NCBI GenBank assembly: GCA_964632485.1
Contig: CAZWDO010000014.1
Coordinates: forward strand, 62,001 to 114,702
Length of the DNA stretch: 52,702 nucleotides
From: an uncultured bacterium
Lineage (GTDB): Bacteria; JAGOEH01
Direction of reading: 5' to 3'
Shown here piece by piece: positions 36,928 to 46,061 of this stretch. The notes under the pieces were generated by a model. That model searched no databases and was not told where the DNA came from. It saw nothing but the letters and a program-made list of their open reading frames with translations. Each line of letters opens with the position of its first letter. The stretch's first letter is position 1. The position numbers were made by a program, and so were the translations under genes.

Positions 36928-38337
36928 ATGAAGGAATTCAGAATTTTAATCGTTGATGATGAAGAATTGATGCGGGATTATCTTCATGAAACGCTGATAC
37001 GAAAAGAGTATCAGGTCGATACTGCCCGCAATGGACGTGATGCGTTACGATTGATCGAAGAGCATTCTTATCAGATGATCATTACCGATATGAAAATGCC
37101 AGAAATTACCGGTATCGATCTGTTGCGTGAAATCAAGAAAAAAACTCCTGAAATTTTCGTGATTGTTCTTACGGCTTATGGTACAGTGGAAAATGCCGTG
37201 GAAGCGATGAAATTGGGCGCTTTTGATTATTTGATGAAACCCTGTACAGCGGATGAGATTGAAATGCTGGTGGAGCGGGTGATCCAGTTTCAAAATTTGA
37301 TTACCGAGAATAAAATACTTAAAAAACAACTGCATGAAAAATACGATTTGCATGCCATCATTGGCGAAAGCCCCCCAATGGGTCGAATTTATGAATTGAT
37401 TCGCCAGGTCGCGCCTACTAAGGCCACGGTGTTGATACAGGGGGAAAGCGGCACCGGTAAGGAGTTGGTGGCCCGCGCGATCCATTACAACAGTCCGCGC
37501 CGACATCAGAATTTTGTCAAGATGAATTGCGCCGCGCTGCCTGAAGGTTTAATCGAAAGCGAACTCTTTGGCCACGAAAAAGGTTCATTTACCGGCGCGA
37601 TTCGACAAACAACCGGTCGCTTTGGGTTGGCCGACGGAGGTACGATCCTTTTAGATGAAATTAGTGAGATTTCTCCCAATTTGCAGGCTAAATTGCTACG
37701 CGTACTTCAGGAACGCGAATTTGAACGCGTTGGCAGCGCCCAGACCTTGAAAGTGGATGTCCGTGTCGTCGCGACGACTAACCGCGATTTGAAAAAGGAA
37801 ATTGAAGCCGGTAATTTCAGAGAAGACCTTTTTTATCGTCTCAACGTATTCCCGATTATGATGCCGACCCTGAATGAGCGCAAAGGGGATATTTCGTTAC
37901 TGGTTCGCCATTTTGCGGAACGCTTTGCCATGGAAAACGGTTTGCCCTATAAAGAAATTATTCCGGAAACTCTTGATAAACTGATGGCGTATCACTGGCC
38001 CGGCAATGTGCGCGAATTGGAAAATGTGATCGAACGGGCGACGATTATTTCTCACTCGTCAATCATCGCTCCCGATGACGTGTTGACGGATAATTATAAA
38101 GCGACAACGGATTTTTTGAATAAAAACGATGCGATCGTCACATCAGAAGAAGGCCAAATTAAACCATTGGCAGAAATTGAGAAAGAGATGATTCTTCAAA
38201 CCCTGAGAAAATTTAACAATAACCGTACAAAATCCGCGGAAGTCCTTGGAATCAGCATCCGGACGCTTCGCAATAAATTGGCCGAGTACCGGGAAGAGGG
38301 CGCGCTACCCCCTGAATTTGAATTGAAGCAGGAGTGA
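36928..38337 (+). CDS. Sigma54-dependent response regulator (FlgR/FleR-like)
   Basis: Receiver, GESGTGKE, ELFGHEKGSFTGA, WPGNVRELEN, Fis-type HTH GISIRTLRNKL. Confidence 0.95.
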   Translation: MKEFRILIVDDEELMRDYLHETLIRKEYQVDTARNGRDALRLIEEHSYQMIITDMKMPEITGIDLLREIKKKTPEIFVIVLTAYGTVENAVEAMKLGAFDYLMKPCTADEIEMLVERVIQFQNLITENKILKKQLHEKYDLHAIIGESPPMGRIYELIRQVAPTKATVLIQGESGTGKELVARAIHYNSPRRHQNFVKMNCAALPEGLIESELFGHEKGSFTGAIRQTTGRFGLADGGTILLDEISEISPNLQAKLLRVLQEREFERVGSAQTLKVDVRVVATTNRDLKKEIEAGNFREDLFYRLNVFPIMMPTLNERKGDISLLVRHFAERFAMENGLPYKEIIPETLDKLMAYHWPGNVRELENVIERATIISHSSIIAPDDVLTDNYKATTDFLNKNDAIVTSEEGQIKPLAEIEKEMILQTLRKFNNNRTKSAEVLGISIRTLRNKLAEYREEGALPPEFELKQE

Positions 38338-39677
38338 ACGTGCTACCTCGGGATTTAAAACGCAAACTGGATTTAGCCGATCGCGATGAATTAGTGGAAA
38401 TTATTCAGCAAATTTCCACTAATGTTGAACATAATCAGCGCCTTGAGAAACAGTTTTTTAAATTGGAGCAAATACTCTTTTCCGCTCATTCGATTGTATC
38501 AATGATGCAACAGATCATTCATACCCTTCTCAGTGAATTTCAGTTAAAAAGCGCGGTTGTTGTTATCCCTGAAAATTCGGTACTCTCTAATTTTTTTTCC
38601 ACCCAGGAATCGATCCGTTTTTTGCCGATCGATATCTGCCGGGTTTTGCCTGTCAATTGGCACGAATTGACTCTTTTTCCCTATTCCCACGAGGCGTTTA
38701 AGATTATTTTCCCAGAACAAATAGCGGGGCTCCTTCATTCAGCGGTATTGATCCCCTTGCGCCATAAAATGGAACCTGTCGGCTTGCTTTGCGTGGGCAG
38801 CGAGCATGAGGAACACTTTTCCCAGCAAATGCAAAATGATTATCTTTGGCATTTCGCGCTTAAACTTGAATTGGGACTGGATAATCTCATTTTTCAGGAT
38901 CAATTGGAACGAACCTGGAAAGAAAAGCATGAATTGGCCCAGCAGTTAGGCCGGCAGAACCAGGAATTGCTTGAACTGAATCAGATGAAAGACCAGCTTC
39001 TAAGTGTAGCCGCCCACGATCTGCGCAGTCCCTTAACCGGGATTATCGGTTTAGCTGAGCTGATGGTAGCGGATCCCAGCTTGAATTCACGCTATTATCA
39101 GTGGTTGACAACCATGATTACGAGTGGTCGCCGACAACTCCAGTTTATCAATGAACTGCTCAGTGTGATTAAGTTCCAAAATGGACAGCTTCGTATCAAT
39201 CGGAGACAAATGAACATTGTGGCGATGTGGCAGCAAGTCATCCAGGAGAATTATCCCCATTTGGTCCATAAAAATCTCGAAGCGCGGTTGATCACGACAT
39301 TCTCTGAAATGCTGATCGATGCTGACGGCGATAAACTGCGGCAGGTATGCCATAATCTGCTGTATAACGCGATTAAATTCAGTTATAAGAATCAGATCAT
39401 CGAGATTGAACTTGACTGCTCTCCACCGGATCAATATCTGATGCAAATCCGGGATAATGGCATGGGATGGGAAGCTGGGAATGAACTTCAGTTTTTCCAG
39501 CCGTTTACGCCCATGGCGCGACAGGGAACGGAAGGTGAGGTTACAACCGGTTTGGGCTTATCGATTTGCAAAAATATAGTGTCGCTGCATGGCGGTAAAA
39601 TGGATTGCCACAGTCCCGGCCCGGAACAGGGAGCCACATTCAGCGTCTATTTACCTGTTTCCACTCCTTCTGATTAA
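38334..39677 (+). CDS. GAF-like (DUF484-like) + histidine kinase
   Basis: AAHDLRSPL, NLLYNAIKFS, RDNGMG, TGLGLSICK. Confidence 0.88.
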   Translation: MNVLPRDLKRKLDLADRDELVEIIQQISTNVEHNQRLEKQFFKLEQILFSAHSIVSMMQQIIHTLLSEFQLKSAVVVIPENSVLSNFFSTQESIRFLPIDICRVLPVNWHELTLFPYSHEAFKIIFPEQIAGLLHSAVLIPLRHKMEPVGLLCVGSEHEEHFSQQMQNDYLWHFALKLELGLDNLIFQDQLERTWKEKHELAQQLGRQNQELLELNQMKDQLLSVAAHDLRSPLTGIIGLAELMVADPSLNSRYYQWLTTMITSGRRQLQFINELLSVIKFQNGQLRINRRQMNIVAMWQQVIQENYPHLVHKNLEARLITTFSEMLIDADGDKLRQVCHNLLYNAIKFSYKNQIIEIELDCSPPDQYLMQIRDNGMGWEAGNELQFFQPFTPMARQGTEGEVTTGLGLSICKNIVSLHGGKMDCHSPGPEQGATFSVYLPVSTPSD

Positions 39678-39791
39678 TATTTCACTGGTGGGAGTAGGGG
39701 GCATCCGGCGCTCCCACGCGTTATAGCGGCCTTTAATAAGCTACTTCAATCATTATAGCGCTATTTCCCTCAATCCTGATTTTTTGAATGC

Positions 39792-40814
39792 ATGGAACAT
39801 CGAAAGGATTTTGTTCTGCGGACCTTGTTAAAGGAACCCTTACCCAATCTTCTGGCTCAATATAATTTGGTGTATAATACTCCATCGGATAAATTTGAAC
39901 TCCCACTGGGATTGCCGGACAATCGTTTTACCTTCGCCTTTTGTGACCAGTCATTCACTATCTTGAAAAATGGCGAAGCGCTGGCGCGTTTAGTTCTGCC
40001 TGATACATGTAACCGGGCTTCTTTGCTGGAATTTGCGGGTCGGTTTCAGTTTTTTAGCCTATCCTATCATTTTTATATAAAATGGCGCGGCGGGAGATTG
40101 AGGATGAAGTGGTATTTTAGTCACTCTTTGAACAGCCTGATAGGCCGTCTTCATATTTTTCAAAGTACTCCGGAACGTTGGCGCTTCGAAAACGATAGTG
40201 ATTTATTCCGGATATTATCCAATGAGCGCAACCCGCTTCAAAGTTTTAAAGACAGTCGCCGGTTTGAGAACAGGTCCGAAAAAAAGAAAATACAATTTTT
40301 GTGGCTAATATCACTTGCCGCTTCGTCAGCCTTCAATGAAATAAATTTTAAAAGGGAGAACAATGTTTGGGCCGCCCATTTGAGCATGTCTCGTCAATTG
40401 TATGCCCGGCAATTGCTTTTATCGAGTGATCGGGTTGATTCCCAACGTCGGCTATCATTCTTATATTTGCAGAGCGGGCTTAATAGCGATTATTCCGGGA
40501 TTGATAGTTTTCCATTTATAAAGTGCATGGGGGATAAAATCCAAATCGATCCACCCAACAATTACGGTGAGAATACATTTTATTTCCGTCAGGTAATCAA
40601 AGACAGTGTGGTAATCGAAGGAAATGTGGCCGAGGGAGAGTTGAAGCGACTGCTTATCCGATCTCATGGCGCCGGTTCGATCCGATTGCGTACGTATATT
40701 TCTCCGACACGGCTCTTTAAGGCCCATACCTGCCAGACGGCGATTCTGCCGCAAGCGGGGAGTGTTTTGTTTTTGGACTTTAGCGGTAAAGCGAATTTTT
40801 TACTTGACTTTTAA
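39792..40814 (+). CDS. Hypothetical protein
   Basis: 340-aa ORF; C-terminus weakly resembles the GH95 C-terminal beta domain. Confidence 0.55.
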   Translation: MEHRKDFVLRTLLKEPLPNLLAQYNLVYNTPSDKFELPLGLPDNRFTFAFCDQSFTILKNGEALARLVLPDTCNRASLLEFAGRFQFFSLSYHFYIKWRGGRLRMKWYFSHSLNSLIGRLHIFQSTPERWRFENDSDLFRILSNERNPLQSFKDSRRFENRSEKKKIQFLWLISLAASSAFNEINFKRENNVWAAHLSMSRQLYARQLLLSSDRVDSQRRLSFLYLQSGLNSDYSGIDSFPFIKCMGDKIQIDPPNNYGENTFYFRQVIKDSVVIEGNVAEGELKRLLIRSHGAGSIRLRTYISPTRLFKAHTCQTAILPQAGSVLFLDFSGKANFLLDF

Positions 40815-40929
40815 TGCGGAAAGTATATATTAAAATTGAAATCAGATAGATAAATTTTACATTGACCAAGCGACAGCTTTATATAATTTTATAAAATCTG
40901 GAATTTTAAGCTGAACTCTGGAGGAATCC

Positions 40930-41862
40930 ATGCAACCTGCCAAAAAGCATCCCACACATTTTACCCCTTCTGTCAAGAATGAGATAACTGAAATCGTTGA
41001 CGATCGGGTAAGAATAGTATCTGTACCACGCGAAGATTTTAGCGAATTAAAGGCGATTGTCAGGGATTTAGCTGAGAGTCAACGCCGTACTGATTTAAAA
41101 ATGGAGGAGTTAGCAGAAGCTCAGAAACGCACGGAAAACCGATTGGATCGGCTGACGGAGAAGGTTGAGGAGTTGGCCGAAGCTCAGAAACGCACGGAAA
41201 ACCGATTGGATCGGCTGACGGAGAAAGTTGAGGAGTTGGCCGAAGCGCAGAAACGAACGGAAAACCGATTGGATCGGCTGACGGAGAAAGTTGAGGAGTT
41301 GGCCGAAGCTCAAAAGCGTACGGAGATTAAAGTTGAGGAGTTGGCCGAAGCGCAGAAACGCACTGAAATGCGATTGGACCGGCTGACAGAGAAGGTCGAG
41401 GAGTTGGCTGAAGCGCAAAAGCGCACCGAAATCAAGGTCGAGGAGTTGGCCGAAGCTCAAAAGCGTACCGAAATAAAATTAGATACGAAATTTAACGAAT
41501 TATCGAATCAAATAACGACTCTGGGCGGACGATGGGGTATTTATACCGAAGAAACATTCCGAGCGACCGTCAAGGCACTTCTTGAAAGACAAAAAGGGGT
41601 GAGTGTTACTCGCGGTTATTATGGCGACCGCGAAGTCGATATGATTATTTCGAATGGTGAGCATATTCTACTGGAAATAACCTCGCGCATGAAAAAGAGT
41701 GATATCGGCAGAATCATTGCTTCCGGCGAAGATTATTACCAGAAAACGGGGTTTAAACCGACTTTGATGATAGCCACCAGCTATATATCGCCCAAAACAT
41801 ACCCGCATGTTCTGAATGCTCCTGATAAAATTGAAATTTTTTCTTATGAAGTCGATGAATGA
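40930..41862 (+). CDS. DUF3782-like coiled-coil repeat protein with C-terminal PD-(D/E)xK-like domain
   Basis: [17 protein letters not shown] repeats; LGGRWGI..EETFR; EVDMII..LLEITS. Confidence 0.85.
   Translation: MQPAKKHPTHFTPSVKNEITEIVDDRVRIVSVPREDFSELKAIVRDLAESQRRTDLKMEELAEAQKRTENRLDRLTEKVEELAEAQKRTENRLDRLTEKVEELAEAQKRTENRLDRLTEKVEELAEAQKRTEIKVEELAEAQKRTEMRLDRLTEKVEELAEAQKRTEIKVEELAEAQKRTEIKLDTKFNELSNQITTLGGRWGIYTEETFRATVKALLERQKGVSVTRGYYGDREVDMIISNGEHILLEITSRMKKSDIGRIIASGEDYYQKTGFKPTLMIATSYISPKTYPHVLNAPDKIEIFSYEVDE
41110..41475 (+). repeat. Intragenic tandem repeat of 63-bp and 42-bp units
   Basis: Seven LAEAQKRTE copies: four 21-aa units, two 14-aa units and one partial. Confidence 0.95.
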
Positions 41863-42332
41863 ACCATATCAATTACCTCTTGTACCCTTTTTCCTGAATT
41901 TGTTCGCTATGCCGATTAGCAAGGTCTCGATCATTCAATTAATCGTATCTGCCATCGAAAATTGGTTGCCGTCGAAGCGACAATTGTGGAAACGATTCGC
42001 ACCTACTCGGTGATTCATGCCGGCGAAACGGGGCTGAACTGGATAATTAAATTCCAAAAACCTGCTTGACCGGTTCTGTAACTGTCGAACGGAAATACTG
42101 CGCTTCATGGATGATTGGCGCGTTCCCTTGGACAATAATCTGGCGGAACGGAATATTCGCATGGCCAATATCAAATAGAAAATTTTCGGCTGCTCTCGCA
42201 CACCGGAATTCGCCGATTATTTATACAGAATTCGTGTCCATATTTCCACGGCTATGAAAAAATATGCCAGCGCCTTTCAGGCTCTTTATGGCGTTTTCTC
42301 CAACAAGCAGTTTATCCCTTATTCATAATTAC
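41859..42332 (+). pseudogene. Decayed IS66-family transposase remnant with right end
   Basis: Fragments YQLPL..LFAMPISK, VIHAGETG, NLLDRF..ILRFMDDWRVPLDNNLAERNIRMANIK*KIFGC..RIRVHISTA; stop at 42176, large internal deletion; ends TAATTAC. Confidence 0.85.
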
Positions 42333-42426
42333 ATTACCTGTTACCAATTATTTACCTTATGACCGTCAAACTCTGTTTCAATAATCTCAACTCTCACTAT
42401 CTACCCACCTAAATTGCCAAAGAGCC
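42333..42426 (+). mobile_element. ISL3-family right-end remnant
   Basis: Encodes IIYLMTVKLCFNNLNSHYLPT*, overlapped by the terminus CCCACCTAAATTGCCAAAGAGCC (rc GGCTCTTTGGCAATTTAGGTGGG), ISL3-like. Confidence 0.6.
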
Positions 42427-42645
42427 AAATTTTGTACCAAGATTATTTCTCGACAGGATTGCACTCAAGTCTGTTCGTTGGATGATGAAATTTGGATATC
42501 GTTTTTGCCAAAAATTTTCTTGTGCATCTTCCGATTATTTTTTTTTCTAATTCCTAAATTAAGTTTATACTTTTACAATTGAAGTGGTAAATGTTTTTAT
42601 TCCATATACCAGTTAATAGACATTAACTGAGGAGTTTTAATAATC

Positions 42646-44121
42646 ATGATTAATAGTAAGTTAAAATTATTTAATAATCCTGAAATAATTTTTATTTTAC
42701 TTTCATTGATATTTGGCCCATTCTATATCTTTATTAGTCCCCCTTTTCAACCTCCAGATGAAAGTTTACATTTTTTAAAAAGTTACCAATTAGCATCTTT
42801 TTATAATGAATTTGAAATTACGAAATCTGAAATCGAAGAAATAAATAGTTATTTAGAAATGAGATGGAATACTAAGCATAAGATTAATCTTAATACTGTT
42901 GGTTTTTTTAAGATTCCGAAGACTAAAGATAGTGTTTTAATAAATATCCAAGACATCGATTTTACAGTTCATAGATTAGAACTAACTAATCAAATATCAG
43001 AAGTAGGAATTAATAAAATTAAACTTGATTCAGGTTTGATACCCTATATTGCGTATTTGCCTTCAGCATTAGGTATAGTTATAGGGAAATTATTTAATTT
43101 ACCATTTATTGTCATGTTATATTTGGGCAGATTTACTGGTTTTATGGTTTGGCTTATTGTGTCATTTTTTGCCTTAAAAATTATGCCTTTTATGAAAAAC
43201 TCCATGTTATTACTTCTACTTATGCCTATGACTATTTATATTGCTTGCTCTATCAGCTACGATCCTTTGACTTATTCGATATCGTTCTTGTGGATTGCTA
43301 CAATTTTAAATATTTATTCCGATACAGATAAAAAGGTAGCTTTTAAAGATATTCTTTATTTATTTGCTTTATCTTTTATTTTAAGTGGTTGCAAAAGAAT
43401 TTATATAATACTTGTCTTGATTTTTTTTATTATTCCCATATCACGGTTTTTTTCAAGAAAAATGTATTTTTTAGCGATAGGATTGATTTTTATTCCATTG
43501 TTTGCAACTTTATTTTTTCCAATGATTTTACAAACAGTAAATCAAGACTTTGTTATCACACCTGAATATATAATTGGGAACTCCTTTGCTGAAAAATCGA
43601 TTCAACAGCTTGATTATATAAGGCATTCACCAATTCAATTTTTAAAAACAGCTTTTTCTACTGTTTTTGTGTATAAACTTCCATCGATTTTAAATTCGTT
43701 TATTGGTAAATTTGGTTGGTATGAATTATCTTTGCCCTGGATATTTCCTATATACTATTTATTTTTGATTTTAACAACAGGTATAGCAGAGTCTGAGACT
43801 ATTCCGAAATTTAACCTTAAAAATATTGTACTTTTTATTAGTATTATTTTTATTGAAATTATAATGATTTTATTTGTTTCATTTGTACTATTTACATCTT
43901 GGAATTCTCCAAGGATAGGGGGTGGTATTATTGAAGGTATCCAAGGACGCTATTTTATTCCTTTCAGTCCACTTATTATTTTAGTAATCTCATTCAGCCT
44001 AAGTAAAATATTAAAAATAAAAATGGGTAAAACCTTGATAAAAGCTATTTATTATTCAATTATTTTCATTTCCATAGTATCTGTTATAATTATTTTTAAT
44101 AGATACTATTTTTGGGGTTAA
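42646..44121 (+). CDS. DUF2142-family polytopic membrane protein (putative GT-C glycosyltransferase)
   Basis: PPFQPPDESLHF, YLPSALG, SISYD, FIGKFGW, GIQGRYFIP; very AT-rich. Confidence 0.85.
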   Translation: MINSKLKLFNNPEIIFILLSLIFGPFYIFISPPFQPPDESLHFLKSYQLASFYNEFEITKSEIEEINSYLEMRWNTKHKINLNTVGFFKIPKTKDSVLINIQDIDFTVHRLELTNQISEVGINKIKLDSGLIPYIAYLPSALGIVIGKLFNLPFIVMLYLGRFTGFMVWLIVSFFALKIMPFMKNSMLLLLLMPMTIYIACSISYDPLTYSISFLWIATILNIYSDTDKKVAFKDILYLFALSFILSGCKRIYIILVLIFFIIPISRFFSRKMYFLAIGLIFIPLFATLFFPMILQTVNQDFVITPEYIIGNSFAEKSIQQLDYIRHSPIQFLKTAFSTVFVYKLPSILNSFIGKFGWYELSLPWIFPIYYLFLILTTGIAESETIPKFNLKNIVLFISIIFIEIIMILFVSFVLFTSWNSPRIGGGIIEGIQGRYFIPFSPLIILVISFSLSKILKIKMGKTLIKAIYYSIIFISIVSVIIIFNRYYFWG

Positions 44122-44385
44122 AGTTAGTATATAACTTAGTGGATTATTTTATTCAGCTTTGTCCGGGTGGGTATCATGAAACCGGAAATATTGTTTTAGT
44201 TATTATAGTGCCTGTATTACTACGAAGAGTCGTATGGCGTTGGAAAGTTATTAATCTGCTATTATAAATGATAAACATGTTAGTTGAATGAATTTGATGG
44301 AATTTCTTATACATGATTTATCATCAATATACCCAAAACCTTTCAACTACGATTAAAATTATTGAAAAATTTAGATTACCTAAAT

Positions 44386-45156
44386 ATGACAGCAATAACA
44401 GAAATTATTAAAAAAGCTAAAATACGATTACTGAAAATGCACTTTGAAAGCGGGGTTGGGCATATTGGCGGTAACTTATCCTCATTGGATTTAATGGTCT
44501 GTTTATACCATGAAATATTAGCAAATGGTGATGCCTTTGTTCTCTCTAAAGGTCATGCGGCTGGAGCACTCTATATAACTTTGTGGTCTTTAGGGCGTTT
44601 GACTGATGAAGACCTGCAAGAATTTCACAAAGATGGCGCAAGGCTTAGTGGGCACCCTCCAGTTAATTGGATGCCTGAAATTTTATTTGCTACCGGAAGC
44701 TTAGGTCACGGTTTATCTCTCTCCAATGGATTAGCACTTGGAAAAAAAATCAAGAGTGAGTCTGGGCGCATCTTCTGCCTGTTGTCAGATGGGGAATGGA
44801 ATGAAGGCTCTAATTGGGAGGCTTTAATCTTTGCTGTGCATCAGAATCTTAATCAATTAACTCTCATCATTGATTATAATAGACTACAAGGCTTTGGAAC
44901 AACGCGGGATGTTGCTGATTTAGAACCATTCGCTGATAAGTTTAGATCTTTTAGGTGTGAAGTAACAGAGATTAATGGACATGCTCCTGATGAGATCATC
45001 AAAGCGCTTTCATTGACTACCAAGCGGCCTCACGTTATCATAGCCCATACTAAAAAAGGTAATGGCGTTTCCTTCATGGAGAATAAAATGGAGTGGCACT
45101 ATTTACCGCTGTCTGCCGATCAGTATCAACAAGCTTTAGAAGAAGTGGGCGCATGA
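44386..45156 (+). CDS. Transketolase-like ThDP enzyme, N-terminal subunit
   Basis: GHIGGNLS, LSKGHA, TGSLGHG, SDGEWNEGSNWEA, TKKGNG. Confidence 0.92.
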   Translation: MTAITEIIKKAKIRLLKMHFESGVGHIGGNLSSLDLMVCLYHEILANGDAFVLSKGHAAGALYITLWSLGRLTDEDLQEFHKDGARLSGHPPVNWMPEILFATGSLGHGLSLSNGLALGKKIKSESGRIFCLLSDGEWNEGSNWEALIFAVHQNLNQLTLIIDYNRLQGFGTTRDVADLEPFADKFRSFRCEVTEINGHAPDEIIKALSLTTKRPHVIIAHTKKGNGVSFMENKMEWHYLPLSADQYQQALEEVGA

Positions 45157-46058
45157 GAAACATTTTGTGTGCCAACCTTGTCCAATGTTCAGCTAATCCT
45201 AAGTTTGTTTTTTTGACAGGTGATTTGGGATACAAAGTCTTAGAGCCATTGCAAGAATGTTTAGGCGAACGTTTTATTAATGCTGGGGTAGCTGAGCAGA
45301 ATATGGTTTCTGTGGCAGCTGGGCTAGCAAAAATGGGCTTTCAGCCTTGGGTTTATAGCATTGCTCCCTTTGTTTATGCCCGCCCCTTTGAACAAATTCG
45401 CAACGATGTGTGTTTGCACAACCTTCCCGTGCGATTTGTTGGCAATGGTGGCGGTTATGGCTATGGAGTAATGGGAGCAACCCACCATGCATTAGAAGAT
45501 TATGGGGCGATGCTCTGTCTAATGAATATGCGCGTCTTTGTACCAGCCTTTGGTGTGGATGTTTTAGAGATTATCAATCAACTCCATAGCTTTGATAATC
45601 CTGTCTATCTTCGCCTTGGTCGTTGTGAAAAACCTAAAGATTTAGAGATTCCACCATATTCATCCTGGAGACGATTATTACAAGGGGGAGGTGCGACGAT
45701 GTTAATTGTAGGTCCTTTGGCAGGGGGAATCCTGGAAGCAGCACGGTATCTCAGTGAAGTCCATCGTCCCAATTTATGGATTTTATCCGAACTGCCGATA
45801 GAGACGGCTAAGATTCCCACAGATTTTCTCGAAGACTTGCAGAAATCAGGACATTTGTTCGTTGTTGAAGAGCATATATCTCATGGGGGAGTAGGGCAGA
45901 TGATCTCCCATTGTTTATTAGAGATAGGTTATCCACCCACCCAGTTTACCCACCGACATGCTTTGGGGTATGTTTCTGGCTTATATGGTTCTCAGACTTT
46001 TCATCGTCAAGAATGTGGTTTAGATGCTAATAGTATTATTAGAGAGTTAAAGAAGTGA
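45153..46058 (+). CDS. Transketolase-like ThDP enzyme, C-terminal subunit
   Basis: TGDLG, NAGVAEQNM, RPFEQIR, GATHH, VEEH; start ATG 45153 overlaps the upstream stop. Confidence 0.92.
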   Translation: MRNILCANLVQCSANPKFVFLTGDLGYKVLEPLQECLGERFINAGVAEQNMVSVAAGLAKMGFQPWVYSIAPFVYARPFEQIRNDVCLHNLPVRFVGNGGGYGYGVMGATHHALEDYGAMLCLMNMRVFVPAFGVDVLEIINQLHSFDNPVYLRLGRCEKPKDLEIPPYSSWRRLLQGGGATMLIVGPLAGGILEAARYLSEVHRPNLWILSELPIETAKIPTDFLEDLQKSGHLFVVEEHISHGGVGQMISHCLLEIGYPPTQFTHRHALGYVSGLYGSQTFHRQECGLDANSIIRELKK

Positions 46059-46061
46059 TGT

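Noticed and set aside
39687..39720. GTGGGAG...CTCCCAC hairpin after the GAF kinase
   Set aside because: Long loop and no U-tract; too weak to call a terminator or ncRNA
41110..41475. Regular repeats that could be taken for a CRISPR array
   Set aside because: In-frame coding repeats with synonymous variation, no unique spacers and no cas genes
41816..42257. Three short ORFs in the track
   Set aside because: Fragments or shadow frames of the IS66 remnant
44122..44385. Intergenic gap as possible repeat or IS remnant
   Set aside because: Only a short GC-rich word; no ORF remnant or inverted-repeat partner found
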